This document shows positions 1 through 7,850 of a stretch of 60,350 nucleotides of DNA, piece after piece. A model generated the notes under the pieces. That model did not search any database. It saw only the letters and a program-made list of their open reading frames with translations, and was not told where the DNA came from. Position 1 is the stretch's first letter, and each line of letters opens with the position of its first letter. The stretch lies in assembly GCA_964577675.1 (NCBI GenBank), contig CAZNZQ010000002.1, positions 1 through 60,350 on the forward strand, given 5' to 3'. The DNA is from an uncultured Candidatus Saccharibacteria bacterium (GTDB taxonomy: Bacteria > Patescibacteriota > Minisyncoccia > Phycocordibacterales > UBA5272). The position numbers and the translations under genes were made by a program.

Positions 1-128
1 TTATCAATCAAAACAATACCGGTACTGATGGTGCCAAGGTGATGGTTAGAATACGGTACTCCTGAAGTTATCTTTTATCCACTAGATTGCGCTTTCTTTG
101 AAACAACATAGCTGTATACTTTTACTAT

Positions 129-194
129 ATGGCAAAAAAAGAACAACACGGAAATAGAGAAGCAAAAAAACCAAAAAAAGTAGCGAAGAAGTAG
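129..194 (+). CDS. Tiny Lys-rich 21-aa ORF (MAKKEQHGNREAKKPKKVAKK), hypothetical
   Basis: The ATG at 129 lies 8 nt after a TATACT box (115-120). The ORF has 21 codons plus a stop. A perfect 18-bp hairpin follows at 232-270. It is too short to verify. Confidence 0.2.
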   Translation: MAKKEQHGNREAKKPKKVAKK

Positions 195-231
195 TGTCAA
201 AAGTTAGTAGTAACTTGTAGTGAGTATTAGT

Positions 232-270
232 AAACAAACGAGCGAAGCCTACGGCTTCGCTCGTTTGTTT
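232..270. terminator. Perfect 18-bp stem, 3-nt loop hairpin (bidirectional terminator-like)
   Basis: The sequence is aaacaaacgagcgaagcc-tac-ggcttcgctcgtttgttt. The A-rich left arm and T-rich right arm would allow termination in both directions. Confidence 0.7.
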
Positions 271-300
271 ATACTGTATAGTTATTCAAAATTGGCAATG

Positions 301-336
301 AAAAAACCCAGCCGACGGCGCGATGCCGTAGCTGGG
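301..336 (-). terminator. Intrinsic terminator of the minus-strand GC-rich two-gene operon
   Basis: GC-rich hairpin with outer stem cccagc (307-312) pairing gctggg (331-336). It is followed on the minus strand by T6 (plus-strand A6 at 301-306), just downstream of the stop at 362. Confidence 0.6.
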
Positions 337-361
337 TCTTGGACGGGCACCGAAGCGCCTG

Positions 362-859
362 TCATTCCGTCTCCTTGATCTTGTGCCACACACGAAGCGT
401 GACGGCAATCCCGACGATGCCGACGAGGAGTAGTGCTCCTACGACCGGGGTGTTATCGGAACCCGTGCCCGCGATGCGCAGACGCACAAAGCAGGTCAGG
501 GCGAACTGCGCCCCCAGAAAGAAGAGGGTGTACACCAGGAAGGCGTATGGCGCGAAAGCGTTCCGCAGCCCCAGAGCAAACGTATCGAATGCCTTGAGTG
601 CTGCCGGTAGCCAGAAGAGTGTTCCGCCGACCACCCCCAACTGGAAAGCAAAGATGGTGACCTGGTATGACCACTCTTGACCAATCTGCTCGTCGAGCAG
701 TTCACCAACACTCACGAACGTGAGGCCGAAATTAGTGATCCACTGGCTGTAGGCCAGTAGGAAGAGCGCTGCAGGGGTTCCGAATAGGAGCCCCCAGAGC
801 ACGGTGACCTCGAACACCTTGGAGGTGTTCTTGGACCAGAATTTCCGGTATGCGTCCAT
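362..859 (-). CDS. GC-rich multi-pass membrane protein, hypothetical
   Basis: 165-aa ORF with several hydrophobic segments. An AAGGAG SD lies 5 nt upstream of the ATG and overlaps the stop of the upstream gene. A sample line (421-480) counts 39/60 G+C. Confidence 0.6.
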   Translation of the reverse strand: MDAYRKFWSKNTSKVFEVTVLWGLLFGTPAALFLLAYSQWITNFGLTFVSVGELLDEQIGQEWSYQVTIFAFQLGVVGGTLFWLPAALKAFDTFALGLRNAFAPYAFLVYTLFFLGAQFALTCFVRLRIAGTGSDNTPVVGALLLVGIVGIAVTLRVWHKIKETE

Positions 860-868
860 GAGGACTCC

Positions 869-1369
869 TTATGGTGTTGCTTTTTGCAGACGGAAGTGGA
901 GGGTGAGGACGGTAACCACGATGAACGTGGTCGCGCAGGAGAGTGCGGTCAGCATGACCACACTCTCCTTGTCGAAAGACGTGTGTAGCTGTGACAGTGC
1001 GAACGCCGTAGTGAGGCTCGCTAGAAGTGCGCACGCAACACGATTGTCTGTGGTCCAGAAGCTCTCATACGTCTTGTTGAGACGGGTGTTGAAACTTTGG
1101 AACCACTCGGCGCAGCGGATGGCGAACTTGTTTTCGCCGAACTTGCTCACGTCGTATGTCGGCACGGCAAAGCTGAGCTTCATCGTGCACGCGCCGATAC
1201 AGATTGGGCCGAGGAGCATGCCGAGCACGATGCCTGCGCACCGTAGCATGTTCAAGAGTTCAGCATCGAACGGCAGCAAGATGAACAGCAAAGCTGCCAA
1301 CTGAAGGGGTATCCCCAGAAAGTTGGTAATCACACCAAGCAAAAAGCTGGTCTTGACGATATCAGACAT
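869..1369 (-). CDS. GC-rich multi-pass membrane protein, hypothetical (start trimmed to MSDIVK)
   Basis: The internal ATG at 1369 is preceded by AAGGAG with a 6-nt spacer. The protein has hydrophobic segments and forms an operon with 362-859. Confidence 0.6.
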   Translation of the reverse strand: MSDIVKTSFLLGVITNFLGIPLQLAALLFILLPFDAELLNMLRCAGIVLGMLLGPICIGACTMKLSFAVPTYDVSKFGENKFAIRCAEWFQSFNTRLNKTYESFWTTDNRVACALLASLTTAFALSQLHTSFDKESVVMLTALSCATTFIVVTVLTLHFRLQKATP

Positions 1370-1435
1370 GTGGAACTCCTTCGAGTATATTAGAGACAGG
1401 AAGACTGACAATGAGCTGTAAAATAGCCTTTTATT

Positions 1436-1464
1436 ATTATACACGATTAATATGATATTGTCAA
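1436..1464 (-). promoter_or_regulatory. Consensus sigma70-type promoter TTGACA-17 nt-TATAAT for the GC-rich operon
   Basis: On the minus strand, TTGACA is the complement of 1459-1464 and TATAAT the complement of 1436-1441, with an exact 17-nt spacer. Confidence 0.55.
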
Positions 1465-1569
1465 TATGTACAAAAGACAGAAATATTGTATAAGTCCTTA
1501 CAAATAAAGGCTTTAACTCTCTACTTTTACTGGTAATTAAGCACTTTTGACTATATAATGGGTCATATC

Positions 1570-2166
1570 ATGCAATTAACTCCTCGGATAAACGAGGCGA
1601 TTAGACTTTCGTCCCATCTCCATCGTAACCAAATAAGAAAAGATGAATACCATACACCGTACGTTAGCCACCTCTACTCAGTAGCTGCGCTTATCTCATC
1701 TGCTACTGACGACGAGGATATTATTATTGCTGGGCTTATGCATGATTCTCTAGAGGACGTGCCCAATTATACGTATGAAGAGCTAGAAAAGACTTTTGGC
1801 GAGAGAGTGGCCACCATCGTCAGGCATGTCACAGAGCCCTTTGATGCTAACAAAGGTGAAGATGAGCAAAAACCATGGCTTGAGCGAAAGGAAGCGTATC
1901 TGCAGGTGTTAAGAGCAGGAGGAGAAGAGAGTGCGATAGTGTCTGCGGCGGACAAGATACACAACACTGAGAGTTTTATTTTGGATATGAAACAGGAAGG
2001 CGATGCGTTTACCTCCAGGTTCCCTTCGAGTTTGCGTAACAAGGTTTGGTTCCACGAACAAGCGCTCCATATTATTAGAGAAAAGTTAGGCGAGGATCAC
2101 CCGCTTGTCATTCGTCTCGTCACCTGCACCGAAGAGTTCAATCAGTTAGTAGCTAGTAATGAGTAA
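1570..2166 (+). CDS. HD-domain phosphohydrolase, RelA/SpoT-type (p)ppGpp hydrolase-like
   Basis: Contains H..(15)..HD (LMHDSLEDV), IVRHVTE and a conserved SAADKIHN segment, typical of small alarmone hydrolases. The ATG at 1570 lies 10 nt after TATAAT (1554-1559). The track ORF starts at 1558. Confidence 0.7.
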   Translation: MQLTPRINEAIRLSSHLHRNQIRKDEYHTPYVSHLYSVAALISSATDDEDIIIAGLMHDSLEDVPNYTYEELEKTFGERVATIVRHVTEPFDANKGEDEQKPWLERKEAYLQVLRAGGEESAIVSAADKIHNTESFILDMKQEGDAFTSRFPSSLRNKVWFHEQALHIIREKLGEDHPLVIRLVTCTEEFNQLVASNE

Positions 2167-2229
2167 CCATAAACATGACTTGCTATTAGCTCGCCAGGAA
2201 AACTACATTAACATTCTGGCTTCGTCAAC

Positions 2230-5200
2230 ATGGCGTATACTAGGGACATGACAAAGCTAAGTGAAGAAAGAACTGATTTCAATCAATCGTTTGAGAAGAG
2301 ACATAAAGGGTTAAATGACGCACAGAAAAAGGCGGTTGATGCGATAGACGGTCCGGTGATGGTGATAGCAGGACCAGGAAGTGGGAAGACGGAGCTCTTG
2401 TCGCTTCGCGTTGGTAATATTTTACGAAATGGGAATGCGAGAGCGTCCAACATCCTGTGTCTCACATTTACCGAGACTGCGGCGCGTAATATGCGGGAGA
2501 GATTGGAGTCGCTCATTGGGCCGGATGCATTCCGTGTCGCAATCTATACTTTCCACTCATTCTGTACTGATGTTATAGGGAGATATCCAGAATACTTTTT
2601 TGATCATATTACTTTTAAACCAGCGAGTGACTTAACGCAAAGTGAAATATTAGAGGATATTTTTAAGCGACTACCACATAAGCATATACTAGGCGCATAC
2701 CACCCAGAACGCGGGTATGCGTATCTCAAGGAGTGTCAGGTGAGAATAAAAGATATTAAGAAGGGAGGTCTGACCCCATCACGATTCAAAGAGATCTTAG
2801 ACGAGAACGCTAAGAGTTATAACGCTCTTCATAAGGTGCTCGATCAGTATCTTCCAGAGCGTATAGGTAAAGATGCTCTCTCGGCGTTTGAGAGTATGAA
2901 AGATGCTTTCACTAAGCTAGATACCAATCTCTCACGAGTGCTCGCTGCCACAATCTCATCTGCCATCAGTGAGGCCGAGGTGAAAGAGAAGAATACCCCA
3001 CTTTCAGAATGGAAAAGTTCCTATACTGGTAAAGACGAGAACGGCAACCGTGTCCTAAAAGAGTATCTAGCTCTTCCTAAGCTCTACGCTCTCACGGATG
3101 TATACGAAAAGTATCAGAAGGCGCTCTACGAAGGAGGACTCTTCGACTACGAGGATATGATTATTCAAGTGGTTGAAGCGCTCTCACGTAACGAAACACT
3201 GCGCGCAGAGCTAGAGGAGCAGTACCACTATATTATGGTGGACGAATTTCAAGATACGAACAACGCTCAACTCTCTCTTGTTAAAGCGCTCTCAAGTAAT
3301 GAAGTGCATGAAGGGAGAGCAAACGTCTGTGTGGTAGGGGACGATGACCAGGCTATCTATAAATTTCAGGGAGCAGAGATTTCTAACATCCATTCGTTTA
3401 AAGAGCTGTATAAAGATGTAGAGGTTATAGTGCTTACTGAGAACTATCGTTCGACACAGGAGGTGCTCGACTTTTCACGCATCATCGTCACTCAAGGTGT
3501 GAATCGTCTGGAGAATCATTACAAGGAAATCTCGAAGAACTTGGTTGCCAAGAATACATCTCTTCCAAAAGGAAATATTTTTACCTACTCATTTAGAACA
3601 GAAGAGGAAGAGTATGCATATATTGCAAAAGAAATTAAAAAGCTTCTAGATTCTGGGGTGCCAGCAAAGGAGGTGGCGGTGATTAGTCGTGAGCATAAGG
3701 GGCTTACCACGCTCCTCCCGTATCTCGACAATCAGCGCATTCCGTATACCTATACACGAAAGGAGAACGTGTTTGATGAGCAGCATGTGAGGGAGCTGAT
3801 TACCCTTTGTAGATTCCTGGCGAGTGTGGGGAGTGTTGCGTCAATTAAGGATGACTTGCTACCAGAGATACTTTCATTTAGCTTTTGGGGCATTGACCGA
3901 ATCACTGTTTGGAAAATAGCAGAAGAGGCTAAGCGTGAACATATCTCATGGCTAGAGGCTATGCAGCGGTCTGACGTAGAGACCGTTAGAAATATTGCGT
4001 TATTCTTAACAGAGCTCGGGGTTCTGTCACTTACTACACCGCTTGAAATTATCTTAGACACACTCATTGGCAGTAAAGATATGCCGCTAACGAGCGAAGA
4101 CGAAGAGGAAGATTTTTTATCATACAGCACACTCACACTTAGCACATCGTATACTTCGCCGTATAAGACATATTACTTTGGTGAAGAAATCCTCAAGCAT
4201 TCGCCGAGTAAGTATATTCACTTTCTGTCTTCGCTCCGTGTTTTTATGCGTGGGCTTAGAGAGTGGCGTCACGGCGACATGATTCAGGCAAAGGATGTTG
4301 GAGACTTTGTCGATATGCATATCGCGTATAACATCCCGCTTACCAATACGACCCCCTTTGCTCACAATGAGAACTCTGTAGAACTGCTCACATCTCACGG
4401 TGCTAAGGGGTTAGAGTTTGCGTATGTCTTCGTTATCTCACTTAATGATTCAATATGGGCGGGAGGAAGAAAGGGGAGTAAGATTAGCTTTCCTAGTAAC
4501 CTGCCACTTGCAAGTGCCGGAGATAATGAAGATGATTTCATCCGTTTGCTTTACGTAGCTCTCACACGTGCTCGTCATACACTGTATCTTACGCACCACG
4601 AGGCACTGCTCAGATACCTTCAACATGAAAATATTCCAAAGAGTGAAATCCAAGAAGTCAGCGAGTCCTCTCTTCATATTGCAGCTGGGCTTTCGCCATA
4701 CCATGCGCCACCATTTGCAAAAGATGAGCAGGCTCTTTTGAAAAAGGTGATAGAGGGGTATAAGTTATCACCAACACACCTCAACAACTTTTTGGACGTG
4801 ACTAAAGGCGGGCCGATCACATTCTTGGAGCAGAATATCTTGCGGTTCCCTCAGTCCAAAACCCCAAGTGGTGTATATGGGTCGGCAATTCATAAGGCGC
4901 TCGAAAAGGGTCAGGTATATGTCACAAAGACACGGAAGCTGCCACCACTTTCGCTACTACTCGATGCATTTAGAAGAGAGCTTTCGTATGGGAGACTTCT
5001 TACTCACGAGGAAGAAAAGTTACAAGATAGAGGGGAGAAAGTGCTTACGAGGTACTATGAACTCTCTAGTGCTACTTTTGACGGTAGGGCTATAGTTGAA
5101 GCTAACTTTGCTAACGATGGTGTAGTGGTTGACGGCGCTCACCTAACAGGGAAGATCGATAAGATGACTGAAAAAGAAGACAAGGTTCTTTCTGTGGTGG

Positions 5201-5571
5201 ATCTCAAAACAGGTAAAGGCTTTTCTTCTTTTGAAGAAGGGAAGTTAACAGAGTATGACGAGATAAAACTCCACCATTATAAGCACCAGCTTTTATTCTA
5301 CAAGCTACTTATAGAACACTCTAGAACTTATGAGGGGTATGCGGTAGAGAGCGGCGCGCTTGAGTTCGTTGAAGAAGAGGAAGATGGGGAAATACAGGTA
5401 CTTACACTTCCGTTTCGTGAGACAAAAATAGAAGAAGAAAATCTTAGAAGACTAGTAGCAATTGTGTATCAGAAAATAGTCACACTTGATTTCCCTGACA
5501 TTAGTACGTACGAGAAAAACATTGAAGGGATTAAAAAGTTTGAAGAGGATCTGCTTACTGGAAGGATATAA
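2230..5571 (+). CDS. UvrD/PcrA-family helicase fused to a C-terminal PD-(D/E)XK nuclease (AddA/RecB-like)
   Basis: Helicase motifs AGPGSGKT, DEFQDTN, VGDDDQAIYKFQGA, ENYRS, SHGAKGLEF and YVALTRAR are present. The C-terminus carries GKIDKM...VVDLKTGK...YKHQLLFY. Confidence 0.85.
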   Translation: MAYTRDMTKLSEERTDFNQSFEKRHKGLNDAQKKAVDAIDGPVMVIAGPGSGKTELLSLRVGNILRNGNARASNILCLTFTETAARNMRERLESLIGPDAFRVAIYTFHSFCTDVIGRYPEYFFDHITFKPASDLTQSEILEDIFKRLPHKHILGAYHPERGYAYLKECQVRIKDIKKGGLTPSRFKEILDENAKSYNALHKVLDQYLPERIGKDALSAFESMKDAFTKLDTNLSRVLAATISSAISEAEVKEKNTPLSEWKSSYTGKDENGNRVLKEYLALPKLYALTDVYEKYQKALYEGGLFDYEDMIIQVVEALSRNETLRAELEEQYHYIMVDEFQDTNNAQLSLVKALSSNEVHEGRANVCVVGDDDQAIYKFQGAEISNIHSFKELYKDVEVIVLTENYRSTQEVLDFSRIIVTQGVNRLENHYKEISKNLVAKNTSLPKGNIFTYSFRTEEEEYAYIAKEIKKLLDSGVPAKEVAVISREHKGLTTLLPYLDNQRIPYTYTRKENVFDEQHVRELITLCRFLASVGSVASIKDDLLPEILSFSFWGIDRITVWKIAEEAKREHISWLEAMQRSDVETVRNIALFLTELGVLSLTTPLEIILDTLIGSKDMPLTSEDEEEDFLSYSTLTLSTSYTSPYKTYYFGEEILKHSPSKYIHFLSSLRVFMRGLREWRHGDMIQAKDVGDFVDMHIAYNIPLTNTTPFAHNENSVELLTSHGAKGLEFAYVFVISLNDSIWAGGRKGSKISFPSNLPLASAGDNEDDFIRLLYVALTRARHTLYLTHHEALLRYLQHENIPKSEIQEVSESSLHIAAGLSPYHAPPFAKDEQALLKKVIEGYKLSPTHLNNFLDVTKGGPITFLEQNILRFPQSKTPSGVYGSAIHKALEKGQVYVTKTRKLPPLSLLLDAFRRELSYGRLLTHEEEKLQDRGEKVLTRYYELSSATFDGRAIVEANFANDGVVVDGAHLTGKIDKMTEKEDKVLSVVDLKTGKGFSSFEEGKLTEYDEIKLHHYKHQLLFYKLLIEHSRTYEGYAVESGALEFVEEEEDGEIQVLTLPFRETKIEEENLRRLVAIVYQKIVTLDFPDISTYEKNIEGIKKFEEDLLTGRI

Positions 5572-5577
5572 AAAAGA

Positions 5578-5605
5578 TAGCTCGCCGGTTACATTAGGCG
5601 AGCTA
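5578..5605 (-). terminator. Hairpin terminator for the minus-strand ORF 5603-5968
   Basis: A 9-bp stem, tagctcgcc/ggcgagcta. A T-run follows only on the minus strand (plus-strand A5 at 5571-5575). Confidence 0.5.
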
Positions 5606-5968
5606 GCGAGCAGACGAGTCCGGGTGGAGCTTTATAAGAATGACTGCCGTTAACTTGTCGTGCGAATAACGCAGCAGTTCTCGAAGAGATCGGGTGTCGA
5701 TGTTGGCAAGCGTTTCAACCGAGCTCACTCGGTATGAAGCTAACTTCCTTCGAATATCTGCGTTTAGTCCAAGCATGGCAAGCGGCGTACAGACGTTATG
5801 TTTCCGGCCGAGACTGCTTGCATAGAGCTTAGTCTCTCGGACGGCCTTTCTCCATGTGACGAGAGCTTTTTGAGCGGCTTCGCCCTCCGGTGTTGGCAGT
5901 TGTTTCAAGAACCTTTCTACCTTGATGAGCCTCAAGATATACCCTCTTCGCCCTATTCTTTTTGTCAT
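5603..5968 (-). CDS. Small basic protein with a helix-hairpin-helix (RpoA-CTD-like) C-terminal half, hypothetical
   Basis: GGAGG SD lies 6 nt upstream of the ATG. LGLNADIRRKLASYRVSSVETLANIDTRSLRELL resembles the HhH pattern seen in this window's own rpoA CTD. The sample line (5821-5880) counts 31/60 G+C. Confidence 0.45.
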   Translation of the reverse strand: MTKRIGRRGYILRLIKVERFLKQLPTPEGEAAQKALVTWRKAVRETKLYASSLGRKHNVCTPLAMLGLNADIRRKLASYRVSSVETLANIDTRSLRELLRYSHDKLTAVILIKLHPDSSAR

Positions 5969-6054
5969 TGTATACCTCCGTATTTGTGACGCCTTTAGCT
6001 TACTCTAAAAAGAAGGAGAGGTCTAGCTCACTCTGATATACTCTTACAATACAT

Positions 6055-7191
6055 ATGTCAGACAAATACACAGCCACCTGGGTATCTCACTCCTCAATGG
6101 GGGACTATCTCAAATGCCCGAGACTTTATTATCTTCACAATGTTTACAAAGACCCAAAAACAGGACGCAAGATGACCACTGTCTCTCCCTATATGTCGCT
6201 CGGTATCGCGGTGCATAATGTGGTAGAAGGCCTAGGAGATTATCCGTCAGAGGAGAGAATGAACCGAGACCTTCAAGCTTGGTTTGATGAAGAGTGGGAA
6301 AAAGTGAGCGGCAAGAAAGGTGGCTTTATGAGTGATGAAGAAGAGAAGCTTTTTAGAGAGAGAGGTAAGAAAATGATAGATACAGTTGTAAGCAATCCAA
6401 GATTTTTGCTCAACAAGCGTATTAAGCTTCCGAGGAATGAGATGCCATGCAACTTTTATCTTTCAGAGGATGACAACATCATATTAAATGGTTTAGTTGA
6501 CTGGATTGAGTACTTACCGGACCTGCCTGTGCCGCGCCCCGGACAGTTTTGTGTATACGTTCTTAAGTGTTCAGATGGTTCTTTTTATATAGGACAAACT
6601 GAGAATTACGAAAAACGTTTAAAAGAACATGAAAGTGGTCAAGGAGCAGAATGGACAAAGAACCATCTACCTTTTGAGTCAATTCACTGGGAGGTTTTTA
6701 ATACAAGAGATGAAGCAATAAAGAGGGAGAGTGATTTGAAAACTGGATTTGGCCGCAAGTGGCTCAAAAGGGAATACGACAGACAGGGCTTAGCGCGGCA
6801 GGCAGGTGACACGCTACATATTATCGACTTTAAGACAGGTAAGAACGAGGAAAAGGAGTCATCGCTACAGATGCCGATATATCTTCTTCTTTGTAATGCT
6901 CTTCAGAAGAGAAAGGTATCAAAAGCAAGCTATTGGTATCTCGAGACAGACACATTAACAGATAAGGAGCTTCCTTCGTACGAGGATGCTTACAAAGCTG
7001 TATATGATGTTGCGATACAGGTGAAGCGTGCGCGCGACGAGAAGAGCTTTGACTGCCCAAAAGGGGAAGCCGGGTGTATCCATTGCAGACCCTATGAGGA
7101 TATCCTTCGTTTTAAGAAGGGAGAAGATGTCCCGGTAGAATATATCGGTGTAGGTGGTTTTAATCAGGACGTCTATCTTTTTGTAAAGTAA
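6055..7191 (+). CDS. Cas4/AddB-like PD-(D/E)XK nuclease with Cys cluster, carrying an embedded GIY-YIG domain
   Basis: N-terminal YLKCPRLYY plus C-terminal CPKGEAGCIHC form a Cas4/AddB-type 4-Cys pattern. Catalytic motifs are GLVDWIEY ... IIDFKTGK ... QMPIYLL. Residues about 157-251 are a UPF0213-like GIY-YIG domain (VYVLKCSDGSFYIGQT..RLKEH). Confidence 0.8.
   Translation: MSDKYTATWVSHSSMGDYLKCPRLYYLHNVYKDPKTGRKMTTVSPYMSLGIAVHNVVEGLGDYPSEERMNRDLQAWFDEEWEKVSGKKGGFMSDEEEKLFRERGKKMIDTVVSNPRFLLNKRIKLPRNEMPCNFYLSEDDNIILNGLVDWIEYLPDLPVPRPGQFCVYVLKCSDGSFYIGQTENYEKRLKEHESGQGAEWTKNHLPFESIHWEVFNTRDEAIKRESDLKTGFGRKWLKREYDRQGLARQAGDTLHIIDFKTGKNEEKESSLQMPIYLLLCNALQKRKVSKASYWYLETDTLTDKELPSYEDAYKAVYDVAIQVKRARDEKSFDCPKGEAGCIHCRPYEDILRFKKGEDVPVEYIGVGGFNQDVYLFVK
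6522..6806 (+). mobile_element. 285-bp in-frame GIY-YIG module bounded by GC-rich inverted repeats
   Basis: The left arm is cctgcctgTGccgcgc (6522-6537). The right arm is gcgcggcaggcagg (6793-6806), whose reverse complement is cctgcctgccgcgc. All 14 nt pair, with a 2-nt bulge. The length is 95 codons exactly. Confidence 0.45.
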
Positions 7192-7241
7192 GTCGCCTTA
7201 CGTAGTCCTAAGGCCGATCTGAAATGGTATACTTAAAACAT

Positions 7242-7829
7242 ATGACTATATTAGGAAAAACAATTGTAGCTATCTTACTCATTGGTGGGGTTGGAGGTGG
7301 TGTTTTCTATGCAACTAATTTTATGAAGAATGATGCGTCGACTGTAGGTGAACTGGAGATGACGACGCAGGTAAACGAGACTGCTCAAGAAGAGGTGGCA
7401 AGCGGTGAAGAAGTAGAAGGGAAAGTTTTTACAGACAAAGATATGTCGTTCCAGGAACTTATGAAAAAGACTGGATCATATGAGTGTACTGTAAAGCAGG
7501 CGGTTATGGGTGTGACTACAGAAGGGAAGATTTCTATAAAAGGTGGGAAGATGAGTGCTACATTTTCTAGTTCGGTGCAAGGCAGAGCCTTTGAAACATC
7601 TATGATAACTAGAGATGGTTATGTCTACACCTGGTCTAGTGTCACTCCAACCACTGGTATCAAGACTAAAATTGCTACACCGGTAGCACAAGGAAGCTCG
7701 ACCGCTGCTCTTTCTGCAGCATACTCCTTTGACGGAAAAGATATTGGTTCCTATTCATGCGTTGTAGCAAACGTTTCTGAAAATGCTTTTGCTGTACCAG
7801 CGTCTATAACCTTTACTGAGGTCAACTAA
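7242..7829 (+). CDS. Membrane-anchored extracytoplasmic protein, hypothetical
   Basis: N-terminal TM segment (TIVAILLIGGVGGGVFY) followed by a Ser/Thr-rich beta-type domain. The ATG at 7242 lies 8 nt after TGGTATACT (7225-7233). Confidence 0.65.
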   Translation: MTILGKTIVAILLIGGVGGGVFYATNFMKNDASTVGELEMTTQVNETAQEEVASGEEVEGKVFTDKDMSFQELMKKTGSYECTVKQAVMGVTTEGKISIKGGKMSATFSSSVQGRAFETSMITRDGYVYTWSSVTPTTGIKTKIATPVAQGSSTAALSAAYSFDGKDIGSYSCVVANVSENAFAVPASITFTEVN

Positions 7830-7850
7830 TACAATTCTGAAAGACTCAGT

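Noticed and set aside
1-128. Possible 3' end of a minus-strand gene at the window start (tta at 1-3)
   Set aside because: The frame has a second stop immediately upstream, so no coding continuity exists. The region looks intergenic and carries a TAGAATACG promoter-like box at about 47-55.
339-1304. Plus-strand ORFs 339-680 and 804-1304, plus other overlapping minus-frame ORFs in the first GC-rich island
   Set aside because: Their Arg/Ser/Ala-rich composition is implausible, with no SD or start context. They are the antisense or alternate-frame shadow of the SD-led membrane-protein genes, as expected in GC-rich DNA.
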